Part shown: piece by piece, positions 21,562 to 30,781 of the stretch
Layout: every line of letters starts with the position of its first letter
How positions within the stretch are numbered: position 1 is the first letter of the stretch
NCBI GenBank assembly: GCA_947468275.1
Contig: CANIKO010000016.1
Span: 7,346 to 71,345, forward strand
Origin: Bacteroidota bacterium
GTDB lineage: Bacteria; Bacteroidota; Bacteroidia; NS11-12g; UBA9320
Reading direction: 5' to 3'
Length of the DNA: 64,000 bases
Notes under the pieces: generated by a model
Told to the model about the DNA's origin: nothing
The model's input: only the letters and a program-made list of their open reading frames with translations
Database searches by the model: none
Program-made: the position numbers and the translations under genes

Positions 21562-22387
21562 CGTGGTTTAAAGTTTGCGGACAATGGGTAAAAAGAATTT
21601 CAGTCTTCGGATTCTCCTTCAAAAATCTAAGTAAGTTTTCATTCGTTAGCTTAAAATCTTTCCATGAATCAAAAAATAATTTTACAATTGGTGAAGGCAA
21701 TATTTTGTTTAAAAAAGCACCTTTATCCCAAGCTGCATCCGTGGCATACAATAAATCCTGCTCTTCGGTTTTTAAATAAAAACCTATCATTCCACGGGCG
21801 TGGCCCGGTAACTCAACAAAGTGAAGTCCGTCATGATGAAAAGGAACGTAAAATTTAAGTTTGCTTACCGAATCAATAGACACACTATAAATATCCTCTA
21901 ACAAAACTATCCTTTCAAAAAAATCAATCGGCAGTAATTTTTTAAGTATTCCTTTTCTAACGGCTGCAAATCCGTTTAGTTCCTTGACTTGCTTTAGTGC
22001 TGCTTCCGTGCACAAAAATTTAGCTGAAGGGAAATCTTTCAGGGCACAAATATGGTCACCATGAAAATGAGAGATAACAAAATAATTCACATCCTCCGGC
22101 GCTATTCCTTCCTTTGCTAAAATAACTTTTGCAGTTTCTTCTTCTTTTATATCAACGGGTGTAGCCCATCTATAAAGTCGCTCAGGCAATTTTTTTGTAA
22201 CCTCAAAAAACTCTGAATTATAGCCTGCATCAAAAAGCATAATACCAAGTTCAGGATGTTTAATTAATGCCCAAACTGCATAAAACCGTGTCATTCCCCT
22301 TCCGCTTTTAAGGTTAACCACGCGGGCATGTGCAGTGCAATATCCCGAGGTAAAAAATTTAACTTCTATTTTGCTGCTTTGAACCAT
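21545..22387 (-). CDS. MBL-fold metallo-hydrolase (GumP-like)
   Basis: FDAGY, SHFHGDH (HxHxDH), LPGHARG, DAAW, THC. Confidence 0.88.
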   Translation of the reverse strand: MVQSSKIEVKFFTSGYCTAHARVVNLKSGRGMTRFYAVWALIKHPELGIMLFDAGYNSEFFEVTKKLPERLYRWATPVDIKEEETAKVILAKEGIAPEDVNYFVISHFHGDHICALKDFPSAKFLCTEAALKQVKELNGFAAVRKGILKKLLPIDFFERIVLLEDIYSVSIDSVSKLKFYVPFHHDGLHFVELPGHARGMIGFYLKTEEQDLLYATDAAWDKGAFLNKILPSPIVKLFFDSWKDFKLTNENLLRFLKENPKTEILFTHCPQTLNHVENAF

Positions 22388-23367
22388 TCAATAAATTCCA
22401 TTAATCCTTCATCTGTTGATTGCACTGGTTTATAATTTAAAAATTGTTTTGCTTCAGAAATATCCAAAGTCATGCTAACACCTAGGGTTCCCAATCCATA
22501 TTTGGTTATATCAGGTTCACCACTAATTCCTAGTAGTTTGTGTTTTTTTTCAATAAAAGAGGCGAATAATAAGGCCAGTGAAACGGGAACCTTCTTTTTC
22601 ACCGGTTCCAAATCTAATGCTTTAAGCACAAAATTAATTTTATCCCATAGAACGACAGGTTCTCCATTGCAAATGTTATAGGCTTTCCCAAAAGCATTTT
22701 CTACAGTGTTAACAGAACACTCAATGGCCTCTATCACATTTCTCACACAGGTAAGGTCACAAATATTCTTTCCGTTGCCAATAATTTTAAGTTTTCCGGA
22801 ATTATAGGCTCTTATTAATCGCGGCATAATCACCATATCTTCAGCTCCAATTATAGCTCTCGGACGGAGTGCCAAAGTTTTAATTCCGTTGCCATTTTGC
22901 TTTATTACCATTTCCTCTGCCAGCAATTTGGTAGATGCATAATGGTTTATCAATTGGGAAGGAAGAGCATCGGATTCTTTAATAGAAAATCGATTTTTAT
23001 GATTGTAATAAACACTTGGTGTTGAAATTAATATAAATTTTTTTACATGGTTTCTTACCGAAGCTTCCAACAAATTTTGAGTAGCTTCAAAATTGGCTTG
23101 ATAAAAATCTTTGTAATTGCCCCATGGCGATGAAAGTGCAGCACAATGAACCACCACTTCAACACCTTTTGTTATTTCATCGCAATGATTCATCTGTAAC
23201 AAATCACCAGGCATAAAGTTGCAATTATTTTCTTCTAACTCTCGCTGCCGTTCCGAACGACGCGAAGTTGCCACAACACTATATTTTTCTTTTTGCGAAG
23301 CAAAGTATTTAGCTGTTCGTCCACCTAAAAACCCTGCACTTCCTGTAATAAGTAGCTTAGTTGTCAT
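22366..23367 (-). CDS. NAD(P)-dependent 3-beta-HSD/OleD-like extended SDR
   Basis: TGSAGFLG, HCAALSSPWG, ISTPS, YASTK, LRPRAIIG. Confidence 0.88.
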   Translation of the reverse strand: MTTKLLITGSAGFLGGRTAKYFASQKEKYSVVATSRRSERQRELEENNCNFMPGDLLQMNHCDEITKGVEVVVHCAALSSPWGNYKDFYQANFEATQNLLEASVRNHVKKFILISTPSVYYNHKNRFSIKESDALPSQLINHYASTKLLAEEMVIKQNGNGIKTLALRPRAIIGAEDMVIMPRLIRAYNSGKLKIIGNGKNICDLTCVRNVIEAIECSVNTVENAFGKAYNICNGEPVVLWDKINFVLKALDLEPVKKKVPVSLALLFASFIEKKHKLLGISGEPDITKYGLGTLGVSMTLDISEAKQFLNYKPVQSTDEGLMEFIEWFKAAK

Positions 23368-23371
23368 TGGC

Positions 23372-24487
23372 TTAATTGGTTTTATAATTTTGAATTTCGT
23401 CTAAAGTAATACTCTTATAATGATGCGGACTTTTATACCTTTTTGATTTATTTTCTTCTGCAAGATAAATATCTTTTGCCGATTGGTTCATATCAATATT
23501 TAGAAGATTATATATTTTTTGACCTGTTTGAAAAGGATTTTTTGTAAGGTCTGAAAAATCAAGATTCAAAATTTTAGAACTGAAGCTGCTATTCTCACAA
23601 AAATTCTTTAATTTTTCATCCCATTTTAAAAGCGAAGCAATGGTTATTTCTTTTAACGGTTGAGATTCTTTTACTGAACACGCTCCTGAAAGTAGCCTGT
23701 TATTTAAACTTAAAGTAGAAGCTATTGCTTCCTTTTGGTTTCGAACAGGATTGATATAAAATGAATTGGGAAAATTTGAAGATAACAAATCTATCATTCC
23801 AGGATAGGCAGGGTTTTTGGAAACAAAATAACGATGCCCCGATTGGTTATAAAAATAATTATGCCGCTTTACACAATTGGTATAAAACCGCATCATTCGT
23901 TGTCCCGCCTCTGTATTATTGAGTTCGTCACGATTCAAAAGTGTGAGTTTTTTTTCAACATCCGGAAAAATGTATTGAAGATATATGCTTCGAAAAAGAA
24001 AAAGATAAAGAAACTCATCTTCTTCATTTGCAAAAAAAGAAATATCATGAACGCCTTTTGTTGACTTAAATAAAAATTTCTCTGCGAACAGAATCGACTT
24101 TTTTAAAGGTTTCCCAATAAATTCATCCAATTTAGAAAAAATGAGATAGAAGTATTTCTGGATTATTGAAGGTGCAAAAACCATTTCACCCAAACTAAAA
24201 CAGGTAAAATCTTTTTTATTGGCACAAATGAAATTTAAAAGAAATGAAGTTCCGGAACGTGGCATTCCTATTATAAAAATACTTTTTGAAACATCCGCTT
24301 TGTGATAGGATGGAAAAATTAATTCATCAAACCAAAGAAAAATCCAGTTTATTAATGTGTTTAAAAAGAATAATGGTAATACTAAAAAAACAAAAAACAG
24401 CCTTTTGAAGGAAGGAAATCGTAAGCTGCCTTTTTTAAATGAAAAGGAATGAGAGATTAAATAAAATGCCGTGCGAAAATCAAACAT
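23372..24487 (-). CDS. PAPS-dependent sulfotransferase with N-terminal membrane segment
   Basis: IFIIGMPRSGTSFL (5'-PSB), SKNP, VRNQKEAIAS (3'-PB). Confidence 0.85.
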   Translation of the reverse strand: MFDFRTAFYLISHSFSFKKGSLRFPSFKRLFFVFLVLPLFFLNTLINWIFLWFDELIFPSYHKADVSKSIFIIGMPRSGTSFLLNFICANKKDFTCFSLGEMVFAPSIIQKYFYLIFSKLDEFIGKPLKKSILFAEKFLFKSTKGVHDISFFANEEDEFLYLFLFRSIYLQYIFPDVEKKLTLLNRDELNNTEAGQRMMRFYTNCVKRHNYFYNQSGHRYFVSKNPAYPGMIDLLSSNFPNSFYINPVRNQKEAIASTLSLNNRLLSGACSVKESQPLKEITIASLLKWDEKLKNFCENSSFSSKILNLDFSDLTKNPFQTGQKIYNLLNIDMNQSAKDIYLAEENKSKRYKSPHHYKSITLDEIQNYKTN

Positions 24488-24490
24488 TAC

Positions 24491-25492
24491 TTAGTACCTA
24501 ATTAATAGCCCACCTATTGCAAATCCGGCTGATGTGCCGGTCAAAAACAGTGTATCTCCTGATTTTATCTTACCGTTTTTTATTGAATCACATAACATCA
24601 ATGGAATAGAAGCCGAAATACAATTCCCCTTTTCAGTAAGATTACTTATTTCTTTAGTTTCGTCAATATTATAGATTGAATTAAAAAGTTTCAATCCCAT
24701 TTTGCTTGCCTGATGCGGAAAGATATGATCAACACCTGAAATATCGATTGGCAAATCTTTAAAAAAAAGATTCATAAACTCAGGAATCTTGTTTTTTGCA
24801 AGTTTTAAAAGTTTAATACCTTCCATTGTAAATGAATGCAACTGTGGACTATACGGATTATCTTTAAAAAAGTATTTGTTTCCTCCCCCTTTAATTATAG
24901 TGTATTCAACCCCGTCCGAATACGTTTGCATATCATAATGAATGGCTCCCGATTCATTGGTTTCATCATATTTTATAATAACGGCTGCAGCTCCGTCACC
25001 AAACAAACTTAGGGTTTCCCAATTGGAAGCATCCAATCCCTTGGAAGAAATTTCGGAACAAACGACTGCAATATATTTTAATCTTGAATTGTCAACCATT
25101 CGTGAAGCATAATCAAGAGCCGTTACAAAACCCAGGCAGGTAGTATTAATATCTACACAAGGAATATTTATTGTGTTGCCGTCTTTTAATTCACTTTTTA
25201 TTAAGCTGGATTGATTGGGTAACGGGTGGTCATAAGTAGCCGAACCTGAAATTAACATCCCAATTTGCCTAAGTTCAATCCCTGCATTTGACATTGCTTC
25301 ATTTAATGCTTCGGCCCCAAGTTGGGCCACAGTTTCATAGGTTGCATGATAACGCACATCAACTCCCGAATTTTTAAAACTCCATCCTTCTGGTATTCCA
25401 TGCTTTTTTTCAAGTGCTTCGGAGGTTACCTTATTTGCGGGGAAACTAGTTCCTGTTCCTACAATTTTAAAAGCTCGTTTTACATTCAACAT
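24491..25492 (-). CDS. 3-oxoacyl-ACP synthase III (FabH/OleA/GumO-like) condensing enzyme
   Basis: Cys-His-Asn triad: TTCLGF, PHQAS, GNCISAS; LFGDGAAA; ATG at 25492. Confidence 0.88.
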   Translation of the reverse strand: MLNVKRAFKIVGTGTSFPANKVTSEALEKKHGIPEGWSFKNSGVDVRYHATYETVAQLGAEALNEAMSNAGIELRQIGMLISGSATYDHPLPNQSSLIKSELKDGNTINIPCVDINTTCLGFVTALDYASRMVDNSRLKYIAVVCSEISSKGLDASNWETLSLFGDGAAAVIIKYDETNESGAIHYDMQTYSDGVEYTIIKGGGNKYFFKDNPYSPQLHSFTMEGIKLLKLAKNKIPEFMNLFFKDLPIDISGVDHIFPHQASKMGLKLFNSIYNIDETKEISNLTEKGNCISASIPLMLCDSIKNGKIKSGDTLFLTGTSAGFAIGGLLIRY

Positions 25493-25494
25493 AA

Positions 25495-26625
25495 TCAAGG
25501 ATTTTTTAAGGATGATAGGTTTGTTTTTTTATTCAACTGAGAATAAAAATTTATAAGAATAATCAACGTGTAAACCATGCTAAAACCAAAAAGAAATATT
25601 ACAATTAATGGCACCGAATACTGCCAAATAAATACAGAAAGACCCAAACAGAAAAATAATATCCAACTAATCATTCCCCATATTCTTCCTTCGGCAAGGC
25701 CGCAAATAGAAATGGTACTAAAAAAAATAATAACGAACAAACAGGATAATTGCAGGGTGTCCCAACTCTTTTCAACGGATATATAAAATAACAGCCATCC
25801 AAATAAGAGTAATCCGCCCAATCCAATTAAGAAATCATTCAGCATATAAACCTGTGATTTTTCAGTTTTAAAAGAAGGTTCTTTAATTCCTAAAAAACGG
25901 AGAAATGGAACCGTATTTATCCAAAACGGGTTTTCGGATTTTATCGGTTCATCTATGCCAAATTTTATTGGAACATCTTTCAGTTCCGTTTGAAAAGTTC
26001 CAAATAATTTATCCCAAATAATAAAAGCGCCCGAACAGTTTTTGTCTAGATATTCAGGATTTCTTCCGTGATGAACCTTATGGTGTGCAGGAGTTACCAT
26101 GAAATATTCCAACCAGCCTGATCTTTTTACCAAACGATTATGATTATAAAATTGAATGAAATAGTGAATTGACCCAACAATCACAAATTGTTCTAACGAG
26201 GCTCCAAGAATGGCAAGTGGAATAAAAAATGGTATTGAGGTTAGTGAAGAGTACCACGAATTGCGAATGCCTAATGACAAGCTAAAATGCTCGCCTTGAT
26301 GATGAACCACATGAATACTCCACAAAAGTGGAATGGAATGATGTAATCTGTGCAGCCAGTAGAAACAAAAATCCCAAGCTATAAAAACAAAAATCCATTG
26401 AATTGCTTTTGGCCAATGGCCTATCCAACCCAATGTAAAATGATTTAAAATATAAGAATAACAAAGCACTTCTATCCCACGCCCAACCCACATTAATACA
26501 TGGCCCGAGTTAAGATTCAAAACCATTTCTTTCCACGGCAATGGCTCTTTCATGCTAAAATGGATAATCAAAAATTCAATGATTATCAACCCATAAAGTA
26601 AAGCAATTCCTAATGCTGTTTCCAT
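25495..26625 (-). CDS. Fatty acid hydroxylase/sterol desaturase family membrane enzyme, alkylglycerol monooxygenase-like
   Basis: His boxes HRLHH, HVVHH, NH, HHKVHH; TPAHHKVHHGRN...DKN...IIWDKLFGTF; extra C-terminal TM segments. Confidence 0.85.
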   Translation of the reverse strand: METALGIALLYGLIIIEFLIIHFSMKEPLPWKEMVLNLNSGHVLMWVGRGIEVLCYSYILNHFTLGWIGHWPKAIQWIFVFIAWDFCFYWLHRLHHSIPLLWSIHVVHHQGEHFSLSLGIRNSWYSSLTSIPFFIPLAILGASLEQFVIVGSIHYFIQFYNHNRLVKRSGWLEYFMVTPAHHKVHHGRNPEYLDKNCSGAFIIWDKLFGTFQTELKDVPIKFGIDEPIKSENPFWINTVPFLRFLGIKEPSFKTEKSQVYMLNDFLIGLGGLLLFGWLLFYISVEKSWDTLQLSCLFVIIFFSTISICGLAEGRIWGMISWILFFCLGLSVFIWQYSVPLIVIFLFGFSMVYTLIILINFYSQLNKKTNLSSLKNP

Positions 26626-26871
26626 ATTTTAACCTATCACAAAGATTAACGGAACGTGGTAATAAAAAAAATTAGTTTGCACAAAAGCATTTTTAGTTTT
26701 GGCAATAAACCCTAATTTTATTTAAAGAGTTAAAAGTAATTATTGGTTTTTGCAAAAAACAAATTCAATACACCCAAATTTTGCATTTTTTGCAAATTAT
26801 AACATTACAAAAAATCGCTTATGAACCGATAATTCTTATAAAACTTCCAACCTTTTTTGTAAGCTTTTATT

Positions 26872-26879
26872 TAAGTTTG
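26872..26879 (+). promoter_or_regulatory. -7 box TAAGTTTG for thyA (near-leaderless)
   Basis: TAnnTTTG ending 5 nt before the ATG at 26885. Confidence 0.5.
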
Positions 26880-26884
26880 CATTT

Positions 26885-27712
26885 ATGAATCAATACGAGC
26901 AATTCCTAAAATTTGTGTATGAAAACGGAACAGAAAAATCAGACCGCACAGGTACGGGAACACGCAGCTGGTTTGGCGGGCAAATGCGTTTTGATTTAAA
27001 AGATTCATTTCCTTTAATTACCACAAAAAAGGTTCACTTAAAATCTATTATATACGAATTGCTTTGGTTTATAAAAGGTGAAACCAATATTAAATATTTA
27101 ACCGACAACGGCGTTACCATTTGGAACGAATGGGCTGATGCCGATGGAAACCTTGGCCCGGTGTATGGCAAGCAATGGCGAAGCTGGGAAGGTGCCGAAG
27201 GAAAAACCTACGACCAGTTAAAAGAGGTTATAAATACGATAAAAACAAACCCCGACAGCCGTCGGATTATCATAAGTGCATGGAACGTGGCCGATATTCC
27301 CAAAATGGCTTTGGCTCCGTGCCATTGTTTGTTTCAGTTTTATACCACCCCAGCTACTGAAGAACAGAAAGCCCGAGGAATTAAGGGTTCTTTGTCTTGT
27401 CAATTGTATCAACGAAGTGCCGATTTATTTTTGGGAGTTCCGTTCAATATTGCCAGTTATGCCTTGTTCACCATGATGATAGCCCGCGAATGCAATATGG
27501 AAGCCCATGAATTTGTGCATACATTTGGTGATGCCCATATTTACAGCAATCATTATGAGCAGGTGGAATTACAACTAAGTCGCGAGCCACGTCCCTACCC
27601 CACCATGGAACTTAACCCTGCTAAAACCTCCATTTTTGATTTTGAATTTGAAGATTTTGTGGTAAAAAATTATGACCCGCATCCAGGAATTAAAGCACCG
27701 ATAGCGGTGTAA
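26885..27712 (+). CDS. thyA: Thymidylate synthase
   Basis: DRTGTGT, PLITTKK, LAPCH, YQRSAD, PFNIASY, HIYSNH. Confidence 0.97.
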   Translation: MNQYEQFLKFVYENGTEKSDRTGTGTRSWFGGQMRFDLKDSFPLITTKKVHLKSIIYELLWFIKGETNIKYLTDNGVTIWNEWADADGNLGPVYGKQWRSWEGAEGKTYDQLKEVINTIKTNPDSRRIIISAWNVADIPKMALAPCHCLFQFYTTPATEEQKARGIKGSLSCQLYQRSADLFLGVPFNIASYALFTMMIARECNMEAHEFVHTFGDAHIYSNHYEQVELQLSREPRPYPTMELNPAKTSIFDFEFEDFVVKNYDPHPGIKAPIAV

Positions 27713-27748
27713 GAATAAACACTCGTAATTTCTAATTGCTAATTTAAA

Positions 27749-29149
27749 CTATTTCCCCCACATGGCATTAGCCACTGCCGGATAATCAACCGTAGTTTCA
27801 GGAACGGATAATTCCATTTTATTTACCCATTCCACCCCTTGCATCAAGCTATGGTCTTGGTTACTTACCTCGTATTTCCATGCACCAAAGCGACCACGGC
27901 TGTAAATATTTTTGTTTTCCAGCCAAGGTTGAAGCGGTTTTAACAAAGCATCCCGATTTACCGAAGGAGTTGGGTATCCATACTCATAACTCACCATAAA
28001 TTCAGAAACTACATCCGATGCATTTTCTATTAATCCATCTTCCACCATGGCTTTGATAGTATCTTTTATTAAGGTTTCCCGGTCCACAGGTTTGGCTGAT
28101 GATTCACTGGTTTCAGCCATCAGGCTCCAATGGGTGTTTATGTCAGGAACGTTATTAGGGCTGTAGTTTGAAAACACGGTAACCCGGTAATACGGACTGT
28201 TATTCTCCGGAAAATACATCCAGCATTTGGTTGCCAGTTCGGGTTTTGGTTTTCCCTTTAGTCCAATTCCCACAATATTGGTTCGGGAATGCTTCAGTTG
28301 AGCTGAGGTTTCTATTAATTCTTGGGGTGCATTCTCAATGGTTTTGAATAAAATATCAATAGGCATCGTACTCAGTAAATTCTCATAATTCAAGGTCTCA
28401 CCATTGCTTAAATAAACGGTTTTGGCAGTTGCATCAATTTTTGATACTTCCGAATTGAGTGAAAAATTTTCTGTTCCAATCAGGTTTTCTCCTACCGATT
28501 TCCATATTCCTCCCGTGCCACCATGTTTCGGAAATTGAAAGGTATTATTTGGCCCCCAACTTAAATCATCTCTTTCAAAAATTATATTTTCAGTAACCCG
28601 TTGCAAATCGGTTACTGCCACCCGTTCGCCTATCCAGTTGTAAGCCATATCCTTTGGTGGATACGCCCAAACCTTAAAATTATAAGGCATCATAAATTCA
28701 TCGGCTATGCCCTGACCAAACGTAGCCAAAATCCATTCTTCAAAATTTGCAGGTTTTTTGGTACTTGGGTTTTGGTAATTATGAATAATCCCGTTCAGGC
28801 ATTTCCACATGCTGTCTTTTGGCAGGTAGCGTATATTGTTTTGAAACGGGTAAGGCACAAAGCGGTTTTTCATCCACACCCAACTTTCGCGTTGATGGCT
28901 AAGCCAGCCTTCTTCACCCAGAGCTTCCAACATCAGTTTATCGAAATAGGTGTAATGCGAAAACTGGACGTGTCCGCCTACATCCCATGTAAATCCTTTA
29001 TCATCCAAAAAACTGGTAGCCAAACCCCCTATGTATTTTTCCTTTTCAATAATATGAAAATCGGTAATCCCTAATTCTTTTAAACGGTAAGCGGCACCAA
29101 GCCCTGTAGGCCCTGAACCGATAATTAAATATTTAAAGCTTTTTGCCAT
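27749..29149 (-). CDS. FAD-dependent enzyme, eukaryote-type UDP-galactopyranose mutase-like
   Basis: IIGSGPTGLGAA, DVGGHVQFSH, PYPFQNN, PYNFKVW, GERVA, WGPN, RGRFGAWKYEVSNQDHS; likely ATG 29149. Confidence 0.8.
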   Translation of the reverse strand: MAKSFKYLIIGSGPTGLGAAYRLKELGITDFHIIEKEKYIGGLATSFLDDKGFTWDVGGHVQFSHYTYFDKLMLEALGEEGWLSHQRESWVWMKNRFVPYPFQNNIRYLPKDSMWKCLNGIIHNYQNPSTKKPANFEEWILATFGQGIADEFMMPYNFKVWAYPPKDMAYNWIGERVAVTDLQRVTENIIFERDDLSWGPNNTFQFPKHGGTGGIWKSVGENLIGTENFSLNSEVSKIDATAKTVYLSNGETLNYENLLSTMPIDILFKTIENAPQELIETSAQLKHSRTNIVGIGLKGKPKPELATKCWMYFPENNSPYYRVTVFSNYSPNNVPDINTHWSLMAETSESSAKPVDRETLIKDTIKAMVEDGLIENASDVVSEFMVSYEYGYPTPSVNRDALLKPLQPWLENKNIYSRGRFGAWKYEVSNQDHSLMQGVEWVNKMELSVPETTVDYPAVANAMWGK

Positions 29150-29206
29150 TATTAATTTAAGTGGGCAAAGGTAAAGTTTTGAAATCAAATGCCCATTTTT
29201 GCAACT

Positions 29207-30781
29207 ATGAAATATTTTCTTTTATTCATTGCATTGTATTCGTGCACCTTATCATTTGCCCAATATCCAATCGTAACTATTGATAACCAAACCTACGGGC
29301 CAAACGAACCTTCCATTTATATCAATCCTGCTAACCCAACCCAAATAGTAGCCGGAAGTAATATTAACAACCATTATGTTTCGTCCGATACAGGCAAAAC
29401 CTGGGAGATTAAAACACTGCGTTCAAGCCTTGGTGTGTATGGCGACCCGGTGATTTATGCCGATGAATATGGCAATTTTTATTTCTGCCACCTTGCTGCT
29501 ACTAAAACCAAACATTACCCCGATTGGATTGACAGAATTGTGGTTCAAAAAAGCGATGATGGGGGTAAGAGTTTTAATGACGGAAGTTTTGCCGGACTGA
29601 ATGGTGATAAGGAGCAAGACAAACACTGGATTGTAAAAGACCAACACAGTTTGTTGCACAAAGACAACATCTATTTGAGCTGGACGGAGTTTGACAATTA
29701 CGATAGCAAAGACCCGAAAGACCATTCCCGAATACAATTTGCACGCTCGGTGGATGGTGCTGCCAGTTTTGAGCAAGCCATTACCATAAGCGATACCGTT
29801 GGGGATTGTTTGGATGATGATAATACATTGGAAGGAGCCACCGCTGCTATTGGAAAAAATGGGGAAGTATATGTGGCATGGGCTGGATATGGAAAAATTT
29901 ATTTTGATAAATCATTGGATGGTGGCCGCACTTGGGGAAAAGACCGGTTAATATCCACACAAGATGATGGCTGGGCTTTGGATTTTGACCAAATATACCG
30001 AAGCAACGGATTGCCTTTTTTAGTAGCCGACCACAGCCGGGGAAAATACAAAAACCGTTTGTATTTGCTTTGGGGCGAAAGCCTTCCGGGCATTGGTGGT
30101 GAAATAAAACTAAAATATACCGACAATGGGGGCGATAGTTGGAGTGATGAAATTACGGTAAACTCTAGTTCGGTTGGCGACCAATTTCTGCCCCATATTG
30201 CCATCGACCAAATCGACGGAACAGTATATGTAGTTTTTTACGACCGAAGGAATTCAGCTTCCAATTTACTGATGGATGTGTATGTTTCCTTTAGTGAAGA
30301 TGGCGGTCAAACGTTTACCAATAAATTAATTACACCTCAGCCTTTTTTGCCTCCTGGCAAAGAGGTGTTCTTTGGTGATTACAATGGTATTTCAGCCCAC
30401 AGAGGAATTGTGCGGCCTATTTGGACCGCCACCGACGAAAGCCTTCAAGGTAAACTTATGATACAAACGGCGTTGCTTAATAAAGACCTGTTAAAAAGTA
30501 AAAACCAAACTTTGGCTGATACCATTCTTTACAAATTTTATCAAACTGCCAATGAAAATATGTTTGTCATCTACTCCAGCAAAATGGTGGAGTATTCCTT
30601 AAAAATAAAGGTTAAAAAAAATAAATTTTCCCTGTTTGGTAAAACCTATAAAAAACATGGAGTAATCAAACCTCAAGACATAGACAAAACGATTATTTTA
30701 AAAGGTGGAAAAGGCAAAAAGGTGGATTACAGAATGAAGTTGAAAGGGAAGGGTTTTGAGGTTAATTATTCCAGTAAGTAG
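29207..30781 (+). CDS. Secreted BNR/Asp-box repeat (sialidase-like) protein
   Basis: Signal peptide; repeated SxDxGxTW/F boxes (SSDTGKTW, SDDGGKSF, SLDGGRTW, SEDGGQTF); FFGDY. Confidence 0.8.
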   Translation: MKYFLLFIALYSCTLSFAQYPIVTIDNQTYGPNEPSIYINPANPTQIVAGSNINNHYVSSDTGKTWEIKTLRSSLGVYGDPVIYADEYGNFYFCHLAATKTKHYPDWIDRIVVQKSDDGGKSFNDGSFAGLNGDKEQDKHWIVKDQHSLLHKDNIYLSWTEFDNYDSKDPKDHSRIQFARSVDGAASFEQAITISDTVGDCLDDDNTLEGATAAIGKNGEVYVAWAGYGKIYFDKSLDGGRTWGKDRLISTQDDGWALDFDQIYRSNGLPFLVADHSRGKYKNRLYLLWGESLPGIGGEIKLKYTDNGGDSWSDEITVNSSSVGDQFLPHIAIDQIDGTVYVVFYDRRNSASNLLMDVYVSFSEDGGQTFTNKLITPQPFLPPGKEVFFGDYNGISAHRGIVRPIWTATDESLQGKLMIQTALLNKDLLKSKNQTLADTILYKFYQTANENMFVIYSSKMVEYSLKIKVKKNKFSLFGKTYKKHGVIKPQDIDKTIILKGGKGKKVDYRMKLKGKGFEVNYSSK

